Below are positions 63,991 to 64,000 of a DNA stretch of 64,000 nucleotides, one piece after another. The DNA lies in the NCBI GenBank assembly GCA_965112155.1, contig OZ218104.1; one strand, given 5' to 3'. Each line of letters opens with the position of its first letter. Position 1 is the first letter of the stretch. Source of the stretch: Podarcis liolepis. Lineage: Eukaryota. Made by a program: the position numbers and the translations under genes. The notes under the pieces are model-generated. The model was not told the origin of the DNA, ran no database searches, and saw only the letters and a list, made by a program, of their open reading frames with translations.

Positions 63991-64000
63991 GCATGTGCTT

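Overview
Vertebrate genomic DNA, most likely a squamate (lizard), inferred from the repeat content: Sauria SINE, BovB, squamate-type CR1/L2 and tRNA-SINEs. The only host gene I can support is KCTD15 on the minus strand. Its last three coding exons (26759-26903, 16883-17188, 8462-8617) splice in frame through canonical GT-AG sites and give the C-terminal ~201 aa ending RIKQEPLD*. I could not find the N-terminal exon(s), so an intron of more than 37 kb appears to run off the right end. The rest is 3'UTR, downstream and intronic DNA, densely filled with LINE fragments (CR1, L2, L1, BovB, Penelope-like), SINEs and non-autonomous DNA transposons (Tigger/pogo-like, hAT, foldback), interleaved with repeat-free motif-rich blocks that may be enhancers. 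I find no convincing evidence of a new biological system. The most notable observations are a triple-nested MITE stack, a decayed hammerhead-like Penelope palindrome, a Charlie transposase relic and its MITE bracketing the BTB exon, miR-200bc/429 and miR-133 seed sites in the 3'UTR, and an exact 179-bp tandem duplication. Repeat family names come from pattern recognition, not database searches, and repeat boundaries are approximate unless a TSD is quoted.
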